Source: Actinomycetes bacterium (GTDB lineage Bacteria; Actinomycetota; Acidimicrobiia; Acidimicrobiales; Bog-793). From it: 64,000 nucleotides of DNA. The translations under genes were made by a program, and so were the position numbers. The stretch spans positions 3,907-67,906 of the forward strand of contig JAJZKA010000002.1 of the NCBI GenBank assembly GCA_021809805.1, given 5' to 3'. Shown here in pieces: positions 38,129 to 49,289 of this stretch (position 1 is the stretch's first letter; every line of letters begins with the position of its first letter). The notes under the pieces were generated by a model, which saw only the letters and a program-made list of their open reading frames with translations, ran no database searches and had not been told where the DNA came from.

Positions 38129-38668
38129 GTGCGCGACCTGTTGGTCGCGGTGGGTGAGGATCCCGATCGCCCAGATCTCGCCGATACGCCGATGCGTGTC
38201 GCCGCGATGTACCGCGAGCTGCTCGCCGGGATGGTCGAGGACCCCGACCGCCACCTGCAGGTGACCTTCGCGGCTGAGCACGACGAGATGGTGATGGTCC
38301 GCGACATCCCCTTCGCTTCGCTGTGCGAGCACCATCTGATCCCCTTCATCGGGCGGGCGCATGTCGCCTACATCCCGAACGACGATGGCCGGATTACCGG
38401 GTTGTCCAAGCTCGCCCGGCTTGTCGACGCTCATGCCCGGCGTCTCCAGGTCCAAGAGCGCCTCACGACGGCGATCGCCGAGTCGATCCAGCGCACGCTC
38501 GAGCCCCGGGGCACCTTTGTCGTCGTCGAGGCCGAGCACCTGTGCATGTCGATGCGCGGGGTGCGCAAGCCGGGGACGGTGACCGTGACCTCGGCGGTGC
38601 GGGGCCTCTTCCGGAGCGACCCGGCGACGCGAGCAGAGGCCATGGGGTTCGTGCGCGCCGGGCGCTGA
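38129..38668 (+). CDS. folE: GTP cyclohydrolase I. The function is clear but the start codon is uncertain.
   Basis: [51 protein letters not shown], and QERLT. The first canonical in-frame start after the hpt stop is GTG 38129, yet FolE-like sequence (DLDAAARAV) is readable from about 38066. Confidence 0.85.
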   Translation: MRDLLVAVGEDPDRPDLADTPMRVAAMYRELLAGMVEDPDRHLQVTFAAEHDEMVMVRDIPFASLCEHHLIPFIGRAHVAYIPNDDGRITGLSKLARLVDAHARRLQVQERLTTAIAESIQRTLEPRGTFVVVEAEHLCMSMRGVRKPGTVTVTSAVRGLFRSDPATRAEAMGFVRAGR

Positions 38669-38710
38669 ACACCGGTCCGCGGGCTTGTCGACAAGCCTTA
38701 GGCTGGCGGG

Positions 38711-39532
38711 GTGGTGAAGCCCCTCGTCATGGGCGTGCTCAACGTCACGCCGGACTCTTTTTTCGATGGCGGTCGCTATTTGCAGACCGGAGCCGCCATC
38801 GAGCGCGGCCGCGCGATGGCGGCCGAGGGCGCGGACATCATCGACATCGGAGGTGAGTCGACCCGGCCCGGCGCCAAACCCGTTCCCGAGGACGAGGAGC
38901 TTCGCCGGGTGCTGCCCGTTGTCGCCAGTCTCGCCGGGACGGTCCGGATCTCGATCGACACGATGAAGCCGGCGGTCGCCATGGCGGCGATCGCCGAGGG
39001 GGCGAGCCTCCTCAACGACGTGGGTGGGGCGCTTGGACCGATCGCCGCGGAGCAAAGCGTCGGGCTCGTGGTGATGCACCGCCAGGGGATGCCACAGGAC
39101 ATGCAACGGGCACCGCACTATGACGATGTGGTGGGCGAGGTGCACGCCGCGCTCGCCGAGGGTGCGACGGCGGCGCGATCGCTCGGTGTCGGTGAGCTCT
39201 ACGTTGATCCAGGGATCGGCTTCGGCAAGACCGCGGCGCACAACCTCGCCCTTCTCGCCGCCCTCTCTCGCCTCGTGGCGGCGGGCGAACCGGTGCTCGT
39301 CGGGGCGAGCCGCAAGAGCTTCTTGGGGGTGCTGGCCGCTCCTGCCGGGGCAGCCCCTCGCCCGCCCCAAGACCGCCTACCGGGCTCGCTCGCGGTGGCG
39401 TCCTGGGCGATGCTGGCGGGTGCCGCGATCGTGCGGGTGCACGATGTCCGGGCCACGGTTCAAGCGCGCGAGCTCGCTGGTCCGCGTCTTTGCACCCTGG
39501 GGCCCGTGGCGATCAGCGGAGCGGGCCGATGA
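38711..39532 (+). CDS. folP: Dihydropteroate synthase
   Basis: GVLNVTPDSFFDGGRY, IIDIGGESTRPGA, and SIDT. Confidence 0.95.
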   Translation: MVKPLVMGVLNVTPDSFFDGGRYLQTGAAIERGRAMAAEGADIIDIGGESTRPGAKPVPEDEELRRVLPVVASLAGTVRISIDTMKPAVAMAAIAEGASLLNDVGGALGPIAAEQSVGLVVMHRQGMPQDMQRAPHYDDVVGEVHAALAEGATAARSLGVGELYVDPGIGFGKTAAHNLALLAALSRLVAAGEPVLVGASRKSFLGVLAAPAGAAPRPPQDRLPGSLAVASWAMLAGAAIVRVHDVRATVQARELAGPRLCTLGPVAISGAGR

Positions 39533-40278
39533 AGGGGCGCTGGGCCGCGGGCATCGTCCCGCGCAACTTCTCCTGGATCGTCAAGGACGAACTCGCCGTG
39601 AGCGAACGGCCCGGCGGCTACGCCCCGCACCATCGGCGAGTGCGCCGGCGGGAAGAGATTTTGTGGCTGCGGGCCCAGGGTTTCACCCGGGTGGTGTCGC
39701 TGCTCCCCTCGAGTCACAACCTGCATGCCTACGAGGAATTCGAGCTTCCCTTCTCCCACTTCCCGCTCCCACTGCAAGGCGATGTGCGCTCGGTGCTCGC
39801 CGCTTGCTACCCGGCACTGTTCAGCTGGCTGCGTGCTGGCGAGCGGATCCTGCTGCACCATGAGGAGCTCGGCGAGCGAGTTGCCGGGGTCGCCGCCGGC
39901 TATTTGTGGTGGGCCGGCCTCCTCCCCTCCGCGCCGCAGGCGGTCTCTGCGGTCGAGCACCTGCTGCGTCGTCAGATGGGCTCGGCTGGCCGCTCCATCG
40001 TTGCCGCCGCTGCGGAACTGGTGCCGAAGGGACCTGGAGCGGCGACGCGCGCCGAGCTGACAAGGCGCGAGCCTGATCCGCCGCCGCTTCGTCGTGCGAC
40101 GCCCGACGAGGTGTCCGCGGCGCCTCGCGCCCGGGCTCGTGCGCATCCTGCCCCCGGCGAGCCACCGCCTCCGACCTCCCCAAATGCTGGCGCGCCGGCC
40201 AAGCGGTCCCCGAAGTCCGACACGGCCGCGGCGAAGGCCGCGCCCGAGGCGCCCGAGGCACCGGCGCCGTCGCGGTGA
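39529..40278 (+). CDS. CX5R protein-tyrosine/dual-specificity-phosphatase-fold protein with non-canonical active site (HHEELGER) and a Pro/Ala-rich C-terminal tail
   Basis: The order of elements matches small archaeal/bacterial CX5R phosphatases recalled from memory (an SsoPTP-like layout): WIVKDELAVSERPG, LRAQGFTRVVSLLP, HFPLPLQGD, then ILLHHEELGERVAGVAAGYL in place of VHCxxGxxRT/S. The ATG overlaps the folP stop (ATGA), and its stop overlaps the folB GTG (GTGA). Confidence 0.5.
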   Translation: MKGRWAAGIVPRNFSWIVKDELAVSERPGGYAPHHRRVRRREEILWLRAQGFTRVVSLLPSSHNLHAYEEFELPFSHFPLPLQGDVRSVLAACYPALFSWLRAGERILLHHEELGERVAGVAAGYLWWAGLLPSAPQAVSAVEHLLRRQMGSAGRSIVAAAAELVPKGPGAATRAELTRREPDPPPLRRATPDEVSAAPRARARAHPAPGEPPPPTSPNAGAPAKRSPKSDTAAAKAAPEAPEAPAPSR

Positions 40279-40652
40279 GCGACGCCATCGTCCTTCGCGG
40301 GCTGCGGCTGCTTGGAACCCACGGCGTCCTCGAAGAAGAACAGCGCCGGGCACAGCCGTTCGAGTTCGATCTCGAGCTGCGTGCGAATCTCGCCGAGGCG
40401 GGAACTAGCGATGACTTGTCGTCGACGCTCGACTACGGCGCCGTGCTGGGCGTGGTCGCGGCAATCGTCGCGAGAGAGCGCTTTTTCCTCCTCGAGGCGC
40501 TCGCCGAGACGGTGGCTGCTCGCTTGCTCGATCGCTTCGGCCGCCTCGACTCGGTTCTGGTGAGCGTCCGCAAACTGCGGCCTCCCGTCGCCGCGGATCT
40601 CGTGAGCGCCGGGGTCCGCATCGAACGCTTCCGCGATCAGCCGGGGATCTGA
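40275..40652 (+). CDS. folB: Dihydroneopterin aldolase
   Basis: VLRGLRLLGTHGVLEEEQRRAQPFEFDLEL. Correct size of 125 aa. Confidence 0.9.
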   Translation: MSDAIVLRGLRLLGTHGVLEEEQRRAQPFEFDLELRANLAEAGTSDDLSSTLDYGAVLGVVAAIVARERFFLLEALAETVAARLLDRFGRLDSVLVSVRKLRPPVAADLVSAGVRIERFRDQPGI

Positions 40653-40654
40653 GG

Positions 40655-41173
40655 ATGCTCCGGGCGCACCTCGGTCTCGGCTCGAACCTCGGCGACCGCT
40701 GGGCCCTGATCGGCCGTGCCGTGGAGCGGCTGTGTGCCATCGACGCGGACTGCGCCATGTCGCCGATCTATGAGACGGCCCCGGTTGGTGGGCCGGCGCA
40801 AGGCCCGTACCTGAACGCCGTCGCTCGTCTCGTCGTTGACCTCGAGCCCGAGGGTGCTCTCGAGCTCGCCGCCGCCCTCGAGCACGAGGCGGGTCGGGTG
40901 CGCCTCGAGCGCTTTGGTCCCCGCAGCCTCGACGTCGACGTCTTGGTGCTCGAGCGCCTTACCCCTCAAGGCCGCGAGCCGATCAGTGTCGCCACCGATC
41001 GGTTGCAGGTGCCACACCCGCGCCTGTTCGAGCGGGCGTTCGTACTCGCCCCGCTCGAGGACCTGAGCCCCGAGCTCGTACCGAGCGGCTGGCGGGAGCG
41101 GCTCGGCGGCGAGGCAGCCATCGCGGCGGCGGTGCGCAAGGTGGGTGAGCTCGTCCGCGCCAGCGCTCCCTAG
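40655..41173 (+). CDS. folK: 2-amino-4-hydroxy-6-hydroxymethyldihydropteridine diphosphokinase
   Basis: AHLGLGSNLGDR N-terminal motif, and LDVDVL...PHPRLFERAFVLAPL. Confidence 0.9.
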   Translation: MLRAHLGLGSNLGDRWALIGRAVERLCAIDADCAMSPIYETAPVGGPAQGPYLNAVARLVVDLEPEGALELAAALEHEAGRVRLERFGPRSLDVDVLVLERLTPQGREPISVATDRLQVPHPRLFERAFVLAPLEDLSPELVPSGWRERLGGEAAIAAAVRKVGELVRASAP

Positions 41174-41221
41174 CGGGCGCCGACACGAGCGCCGCTCGCG
41201 CCGTCGGCTAGACAACAACCC

Positions 41222-42085
41222 ATGCTGCTCGCGATCGACGTCGGCAACACCCAGACGGTGGTCGGCCTGTTCGATCACGCCGCTGCCGAGCGGCCGACGC
41301 GTCCGAGCGCGTCCGATGGGCTGCTTGAGAGCTGGCGGCTCTCGACCGTGGCCGAGCGGACGGCCGAAGAGCACGCCCTGCTGCTCGGCCAGCTCCTCGC
41401 GCTGCGAGGCGTCGAGCTCCCGCATGGCACCGATTCCGAAAGCCCGATCGAGGGGGTGGTGCTCTCCTCGTCGGTTCCCAAGGTCCGCGCCACGCTGAGC
41501 GAGATGGCCGACCGCTTCTTCAGCGTGCCGCTTGTCGTGGTGGGGCCGGGTGTGCGCACCGGGATGGCGATCCGCTATGAGAACCCGCGCGAGGTCGGCG
41601 CCGACCGGGTGACCAATGCCGTCGCGGCCATCGACTTGTACCCGGCGCCGCTCGTCGTCGTTGACCTGGGCACCGCGACGACCTTCGACGTCATCTCGGC
41701 CGCCCGGGAGTACGTTGGCGGCGCGATCGCGCCAGGGCTCGACATCGCCATGGACGCGCTCTATGAGCACGCGGCTGCGCTCCCGCGCGTCGCGCTCGGT
41801 GAACCGCGGCGCGCCATCGGCCGGACGACGGTCGAGTCGATGCAGTCGGGGGCGGTCTTTGGCCACGCGGCGCTTGTCGATGGCATGTGCGACCGCCTGG
41901 AGCAGGAGATCGGCGCGGTGAACGTGGTCGCGACCGGTGGGCTCGCCGCATTGGTCGCGCCGCACTCGCGCCGGGTCGCGCACCACGAGCCGTGGCTCAC
42001 CTTGCACGGCCTGCGTCTGCTGTACGAGCTCAATACCCAGCCGGGTCCACACGCCGGCGAGAACCGACGGGAGGGTTCCTGGTGA
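41222..42085 (+). CDS. coaX: Type III pantothenate kinase
   Basis: MLLAIDVGNTQTVVGLF, GADRVTNAVAA, and VVDLGTATTFD. Confidence 0.9.
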   Translation: MLLAIDVGNTQTVVGLFDHAAAERPTRPSASDGLLESWRLSTVAERTAEEHALLLGQLLALRGVELPHGTDSESPIEGVVLSSSVPKVRATLSEMADRFFSVPLVVVGPGVRTGMAIRYENPREVGADRVTNAVAAIDLYPAPLVVVDLGTATTFDVISAAREYVGGAIAPGLDIAMDALYEHAAALPRVALGEPRRAIGRTTVESMQSGAVFGHAALVDGMCDRLEQEIGAVNVVATGGLAALVAPHSRRVAHHEPWLTLHGLRLLYELNTQPGPHAGENRREGSW

Positions 42086-43587
42086 GTCCCATCGACGAGG
42101 CGCCGTACCGCTACGAGCAAGGCGACAGCGCCCAGGCGGTGGCCGCCGACCCGCGCTTTTCTGACCTCGCCCCCGGTGCCGGCTCCGGCATCGAGGCGGG
42201 CGTGGCCGGTCGGGTGATGCGCCTGCGCAGCCAGGGAAAGGTGACCTTCGCCGAGCTGCGGGACTGGACCGGGGCGATCCAGCTCTTCGCGGATGAGTCG
42301 AGGACGCCTGAGTACCGCCGTTTCGAAGCACTCTCGCTCGGCGACTGGGTAGGTGCGCGCGGCGAAGTCGTGCGCACCCGTCGCGGCGAGCTCTCGGTTC
42401 GGGTGGAGTCCTGGAGCCTGCTCGCCCGCGCGCGGCGCGATTTCGGGGACAAGTGGCGGGGAGTGCGCGACATCGAGACGCGTCACCGCCAGCGCGAGGT
42501 TGACCTGTGGGCCAACGAGGGAGTGCGCGAGACCTTCCTCTTGCGTTCCCAGGTGTTGAGCGCGTTGCGCCGCGAGCTTGAGGGGCGCGGCTTTGTCGAG
42601 GTCGAGACGCCGATCCTCCACCCCATCGCGAGCGGCGCCCACGCCCGTCCTTTTGCCACCCATTACAACGCCTTGCACGCCGACTTCTACCTGCGAATCG
42701 CTATCGAGCTGTACCTCAAACGGCTGATCGTCGGCGGCTTCGAGCGAGTCTTTGAGATCGGTCGCGTGTTTCGCAACGAAGGGCTCTCACCGCGCCACAA
42801 CCCCGAGTTCACGATGCTCGAGCTGTACCAGGCCTACGCCGACTTCCGCGACATGATGGAGCTCGTCGAGGGCACCGTCGCCGAAGTGGCCCGCCAGACC
42901 AAGGGTGCCACGGTGTTCAGCTACCAAGGCCGCTCCTTGGACCTCAGCCCGCCGTGGCGCCGGGCGACCATGGAGGAGCTCGTGCGCGAGCAGACCGGCG
43001 TCGAGGTCACCCTGGCCGTCGGGCGCGACGAGCTGGCACGGCGGGCGGCAGACCTCGGGGTCGAGGTGGGCGAGCACGACGGGCCCGGCAAGATCCTCCA
43101 GGACGTCTATGAGCACACGACCGAGCACACGCTGTTCCAGCCGGTGTTCGTCACCGACTACCCCAAGGAGGTGTCACCGCTCGCGCGCGACCACCGCACG
43201 CGTCCGGGCTATGTCGAGCGCTTCGAGGCGGTCGTCGCCGGTCGCGAGCTCGTCAATGCCTTCTCCGAGCTGGCGGATCCCGACGAGCAGCGCGCGCGTT
43301 TCCTGATCCAGGCCGAAGAGCGCGCCGCCGGTGATGAAGAGGCGATGGCGCTCGACGAGGAATTTTTGCGGGCGCTCGAGCACGGCATGCCGCCGACCGG
43401 CGGCATCGGGATCGGCATCGACCGGCTCGTCATGCTGCTCGCCGACAAGGCGAACATCCGCGAGGTGATCTTGTTCCCGGCCTTGCGCCCGCTCGGGCGC
43501 AACGAGGCGCGCGCCGACGAGGGCGAGGAGCCAGAGGCGCCGGTGGCCGAGCCGGGCGAGGGTGCTGAAGAGGAGGCGGCGGGTTAG
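42082..43587 (+). CDS. lysS: Lysine--tRNA ligase (class II)
   Basis: OB-fold N-domain and class II motifs (FVEVETPIL, ELYLKRLIVGGFERVFEIGRVFRNEG, GGIGIGIDRLVMLL). The GTG at 42082 overlaps the coaX stop. Confidence 0.9.
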   Translation: MSPIDEAPYRYEQGDSAQAVAADPRFSDLAPGAGSGIEAGVAGRVMRLRSQGKVTFAELRDWTGAIQLFADESRTPEYRRFEALSLGDWVGARGEVVRTRRGELSVRVESWSLLARARRDFGDKWRGVRDIETRHRQREVDLWANEGVRETFLLRSQVLSALRRELEGRGFVEVETPILHPIASGAHARPFATHYNALHADFYLRIAIELYLKRLIVGGFERVFEIGRVFRNEGLSPRHNPEFTMLELYQAYADFRDMMELVEGTVAEVARQTKGATVFSYQGRSLDLSPPWRRATMEELVREQTGVEVTLAVGRDELARRAADLGVEVGEHDGPGKILQDVYEHTTEHTLFQPVFVTDYPKEVSPLARDHRTRPGYVERFEAVVAGRELVNAFSELADPDEQRARFLIQAEERAAGDEEAMALDEEFLRALEHGMPPTGGIGIGIDRLVMLLADKANIREVILFPALRPLGRNEARADEGEEPEAPVAEPGEGAEEEAAG

Positions 43588-44579
43588 CTGGCGAGCGCCC
43601 GTGTCGAGCGTTCGAGGTCCTCGAGCAGGCTGACGCCGAGCTCGCTGAGAGCCTGGGGAACCTCGCCGTCGCCCAGGGATGCCGCCGCCTCCGCGGCGAG
43701 CGCCGCATAGCGGCGCGCGACGTCCGCCGCGAAGGTGATGCCATCCGAGCCCGCCACGAGCTCGCGGGCGATCTCGACCTCCTCGCGACCGAGCGGGCCG
43801 CCAAGCAGCTCGCGAAGGCGTGGTCCGACCTTGCGATCGGCCAGCGCCCGCTGCACCGGGAGCGTGTAAATGCCCTCGGCGAGGTCTTGGCCCGGCGGCT
43901 TGCCGAGTTCGTGCTCGCTGGCGACGATGTCCAAGACGTCGTCGCGGATTTGGAAGACCACGCCGAGGTACTCGCCAAACTGCGTGAGCGTCTCGATCTG
44001 GGCCCGCTCGAGGCCGGCGGTCATGCCGCCGATCCGGCAGGCCGTCGCCATCAGCGCGGCGGTCTTGTCGGCGATGGTCGAGAGGTAGGCCTCCTCGCTG
44101 CGATCGACGCGGTAAGCGGCCTTGACCTCTGAGAGCTGGCCCTGGCAAAGCCTCGCCATCGTGGCCGCGACGAGCTGGGCGACCTCGATGCCGAGGGAGG
44201 CAGCGATCTCGGCCGAGCGGGCGAGCAGGTAGTCCCCCGCCACGATGGCGACCAGGTTGCCCCAACGTCCGTTCACGCTCACGACGTTGCGGCGCCGCGT
44301 CGCCTCGTCCATGACGTCGTCGTGATAGAGCGACGCGAGGTGGATCAGCTCGACGCAAACGCCCCCGAGCAAGGTCTGCTCGCTGGCCACTCGCCCTGAT
44401 AACGAGGCTGCGGCGATCGCGAGCGCGGGGCGCAGTCGCTTGCCCCCTGCCTTGACCAGATGGCTTGCCACCTCGTCGATGAAGGGGTCCTCCTGGCTCA
44501 CCATCGCCAGCAGGCATTCCTCGAGCCGGCCGAATTCCTCCTCGGGGACGGGAAGCAGAAACAGGTCCGGGGCGTTCAC
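43584..44579 (-). CDS. Polyprenyl diphosphate synthase (trans-IPPS; probable menaquinone side-chain synthase)
   Basis: First Asp-rich motif LYHDDVMD and second motif FQIRDDVLD. Start GTG at 44579 (VNAPDLF). There is a 4-nt convergent overlap with lysS. Confidence 0.85.
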   Translation of the reverse strand: MNAPDLFLLPVPEEEFGRLEECLLAMVSQEDPFIDEVASHLVKAGGKRLRPALAIAAASLSGRVASEQTLLGGVCVELIHLASLYHDDVMDEATRRRNVVSVNGRWGNLVAIVAGDYLLARSAEIAASLGIEVAQLVAATMARLCQGQLSEVKAAYRVDRSEEAYLSTIADKTAALMATACRIGGMTAGLERAQIETLTQFGEYLGVVFQIRDDVLDIVASEHELGKPPGQDLAEGIYTLPVQRALADRKVGPRLRELLGGPLGREEVEIARELVAGSDGITFAADVARRYAALAAEAAASLGDGEVPQALSELGVSLLEDLERSTRALAS

Positions 44580-44836
44580 TGTGGTGCACGATACGCCACT
44601 GGCCCCGGCACCCGACAAACAGGCACCGGACGGCCGGACCGCTGCAGGTGTTGCTTGGCGGAGTCTGTGGGCGGGGCAGGCATCGGGGGAAACAACCCGG
44701 CGCAGTCCCTGGTCGTCGAGATCGGGCATGGGCGGGCCGTTGGTGCCCTCATTGCTTCATCACCAAGCGGCGAGGTCGGTGGCGGCGAGTCCGTCTGTAG
44801 ACTAAGGCCGAAGAGGTCGAACAGAGGGAGTCGAGA

Positions 44837-47326
<2,490 letters not shown>

Positions 47327-47342
47327 GGGACGAGTCAGAGCA

Positions 47343-47379
47343 GCGAGGGGGTCGCCTGAGGCGGCCCCCTCGCTTTTTT
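47343..47379 (+). terminator. Intrinsic terminator after clpC (13-bp GC stem, TGAG loop, T6 tract)
   Basis: gcgagggggtcgcc-tgag-gcggccccctcgc followed by tttttt. Pairing was checked by hand. It lies between the convergent clpC and osmC genes. Confidence 0.85.
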
Positions 47380-47407
47380 CCTTGCGCTGCGATGGTCCCG
47401 GTGGTCC

Positions 47408-47848
47408 TCAGGCGCTGAGTGCCGCGTCGAGGTGGATTGGCACGCCCGTGAGCGCCTTGCTCACCGGACAGTTCGCCTTCGCGTCCTCCGCCGCCTGAAC
47501 GAAGGAGTCCTCGTTCAGACCGTCGACCTCACCGCGCACCGTGAGGTCGATATGGGTGAGGTGGAAGCCGCCGTTCGGGTCGGGGCCGAGACCGACCTCG
47601 GCACGGACGTGCAGCTGCCGGGTGGTGCCGCCCACCGCGCTGATCGCGCCAGACAGCGCCATCGCGAAGCAGGCCGAGTGGGCGGCGGCGATCAACTCCT
47701 CAGGACTGGTGGTCCCCTCGGCTTCCTCGGCGGTGCGTCGGGGGAAGGACACGTCGTAGGTGCCCATTCCCGAGCTCGCAAGCTCAACGCGCCCGGCACC
47801 GTCTTGCAGACCGCCGGACCATTCGCTACGGGCGATTCTCGTGGGCAT
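47408..47848 (-). CDS. osmC: OsmC-family peroxiredoxin
   Basis: The OsmC pattern with two conserved Cys (AAHSACFAMAL ... KANCPVSKAL). Start at the ATG at 47848 (MPTRIARSEWSGG). Confidence 0.85.
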   Translation of the reverse strand: MPTRIARSEWSGGLQDGAGRVELASSGMGTYDVSFPRRTAEEAEGTTSPEELIAAAHSACFAMALSGAISAVGGTTRQLHVRAEVGLGPDPNGGFHLTHIDLTVRGEVDGLNEDSFVQAAEDAKANCPVSKALTGVPIHLDAALSA

Positions 47849-47951
47849 CGGCTCCTCCTGTGGACATCTTTGGGCCGCTCCCAAGTGGCAGCCCCTCGGA
47901 GGTTAGGGAGCGCTCTCTCGCGTCGGGACACCCGGTCTCTACGCTGGAGCC

Positions 47952-49280
47952 ATGAGTCGAGAGCGGACCACGCATCGCTGCCGGGAGTGCGGGACGACGG
48001 CGGTGCGCTGGGCGGGGCGCTGCCCGCACTGTGGGGCGTGGAACAGCCTGGCTGAAGAACGGGTGGGCGCCGGGCCCCGGGGGTTGCTCGCCGAGCCGGT
48101 CGCGCTCGCGGAGGTGTCGAGCGAGGGCGGCGAGCCCTGGCCAACCGGGATCGCCGAATTCGACCGGGCGCTGTCGGGCGGCCTGGTTCCCGGATCGGTC
48201 ACCCTGGTCGGCGGCGAGCCCGGCGTGGGCAAGTCGACCCTGCTCCTCCAGCTGGCGGCTGCGGTCGCGAGCAGCGGGGCGAAGGTGCTGATCTGCTCGG
48301 CCGAGGAGTCGCCTGAGCAGATCCGGCGCCGTGCCGATCGTCTCGATGCGGCAGTCGACGGCGTCTCGCTGCTCGCCACCACCTCGCTCGCCGAGGCGGT
48401 GGCGGCAGCCGAGCGCCTGTCGCCCGAGCTGCTCGTGATCGACTCCGTCCAGACCATTGGCGACCCCGATCTCGGTGCACCCGGCAGCGTCGCGCAGGTG
48501 CGCGAGGTGGCGGCAAGGCTCGTTTCGCTCGCCAAGCGGCGTCACATCGCCACCGTGCTCGTTGGCCATGTGACCAAAGAGGGCGAGCTGGCAGGTCCGC
48601 GGGTACTCGAACACCTCGTTGACACGGTGTGCAGCTTCGAGGGCGATCGCCACCACGCGTTGCGGATGCTCGCAATCAACAAACACCGCTTCGGGCCGAC
48701 GGGCGAGCTCGGCGTCTTCGCCATGGGTGAGCACGGCCTGGTGAGCGTCGAGGACCCGAGCGCATTCATGCTCGCCGACCGGCGGCCTGGAGCAGCGGGC
48801 TGCGTCGTCGCCCCGGTGCTCGAGGGACGTCGGCCCCTGCTCGTTGAGATCCAGGCGCTCGTCGCCGAGAGCGCGCTCGGCACGCCGCGGCGCACGGCCC
48901 AGGGAATCATCCCCGGGCGGCTCGCCCTGCTTGTCGCCGTGCTGGAGCGCCGGGCGAGCTGTCCGCTCGCCCGCTACGACGTCTTCGCCTCCGCCGTGGG
49001 TGGGGTACGGGTGAGCGAGCCGGCGAGCGACCTCGCGCTCGCGCTCGCGCTCGCCTCGTCGGCGCTTGGACGTCCGGTTCCCGCCGACGTGGTGGCGTGC
49101 GGTGAAGTCGGCCTCGGTGGTGAGGTGCGCCAGGTCACCCAGACCCCCAAGCGGCTCTCCGAGGCGGCGCGTCGGGGATTCCGCCGAGCGATCGTGCCGT
49201 GGTCAGCGCCGGCAGATTGCGAGGGAATCGAGCTCGTGCGGGTGCGGGATCTCGCCGAGGCGGTCGAGACCCTTCGGTAG
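47952..49280 (+). CDS. radA: DNA repair protein RadA/Sms
   Basis: N-terminal zinc finger CRECGTTAVRWAGRCPHCGAWNS, Walker A GEPGVGKST, KNRFG, and a Lon-like C-domain. Confidence 0.95.
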   Translation: MSRERTTHRCRECGTTAVRWAGRCPHCGAWNSLAEERVGAGPRGLLAEPVALAEVSSEGGEPWPTGIAEFDRALSGGLVPGSVTLVGGEPGVGKSTLLLQLAAAVASSGAKVLICSAEESPEQIRRRADRLDAAVDGVSLLATTSLAEAVAAAERLSPELLVIDSVQTIGDPDLGAPGSVAQVREVAARLVSLAKRRHIATVLVGHVTKEGELAGPRVLEHLVDTVCSFEGDRHHALRMLAINKHRFGPTGELGVFAMGEHGLVSVEDPSAFMLADRRPGAAGCVVAPVLEGRRPLLVEIQALVAESALGTPRRTAQGIIPGRLALLVAVLERRASCPLARYDVFASAVGGVRVSEPASDLALALALASSALGRPVPADVVACGEVGLGGEVRQVTQTPKRLSEAARRGFRRAIVPWSAPADCEGIELVRVRDLAEAVETLR

Positions 49281-49289
49281 GCTGCCGAC

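Noticed and set aside
44590-44640. GCCACTG (a B12-box-like heptamer) upstream of clpC, considered as a cobalamin riboswitch.
   Set aside because: The roughly 100 nt that would have to form the riboswitch core lie inside the polyprenyl synthase coding sequence, on the antisense strand. No other cobalamin-riboswitch core elements are visible, and neither flanking gene is B12-related.
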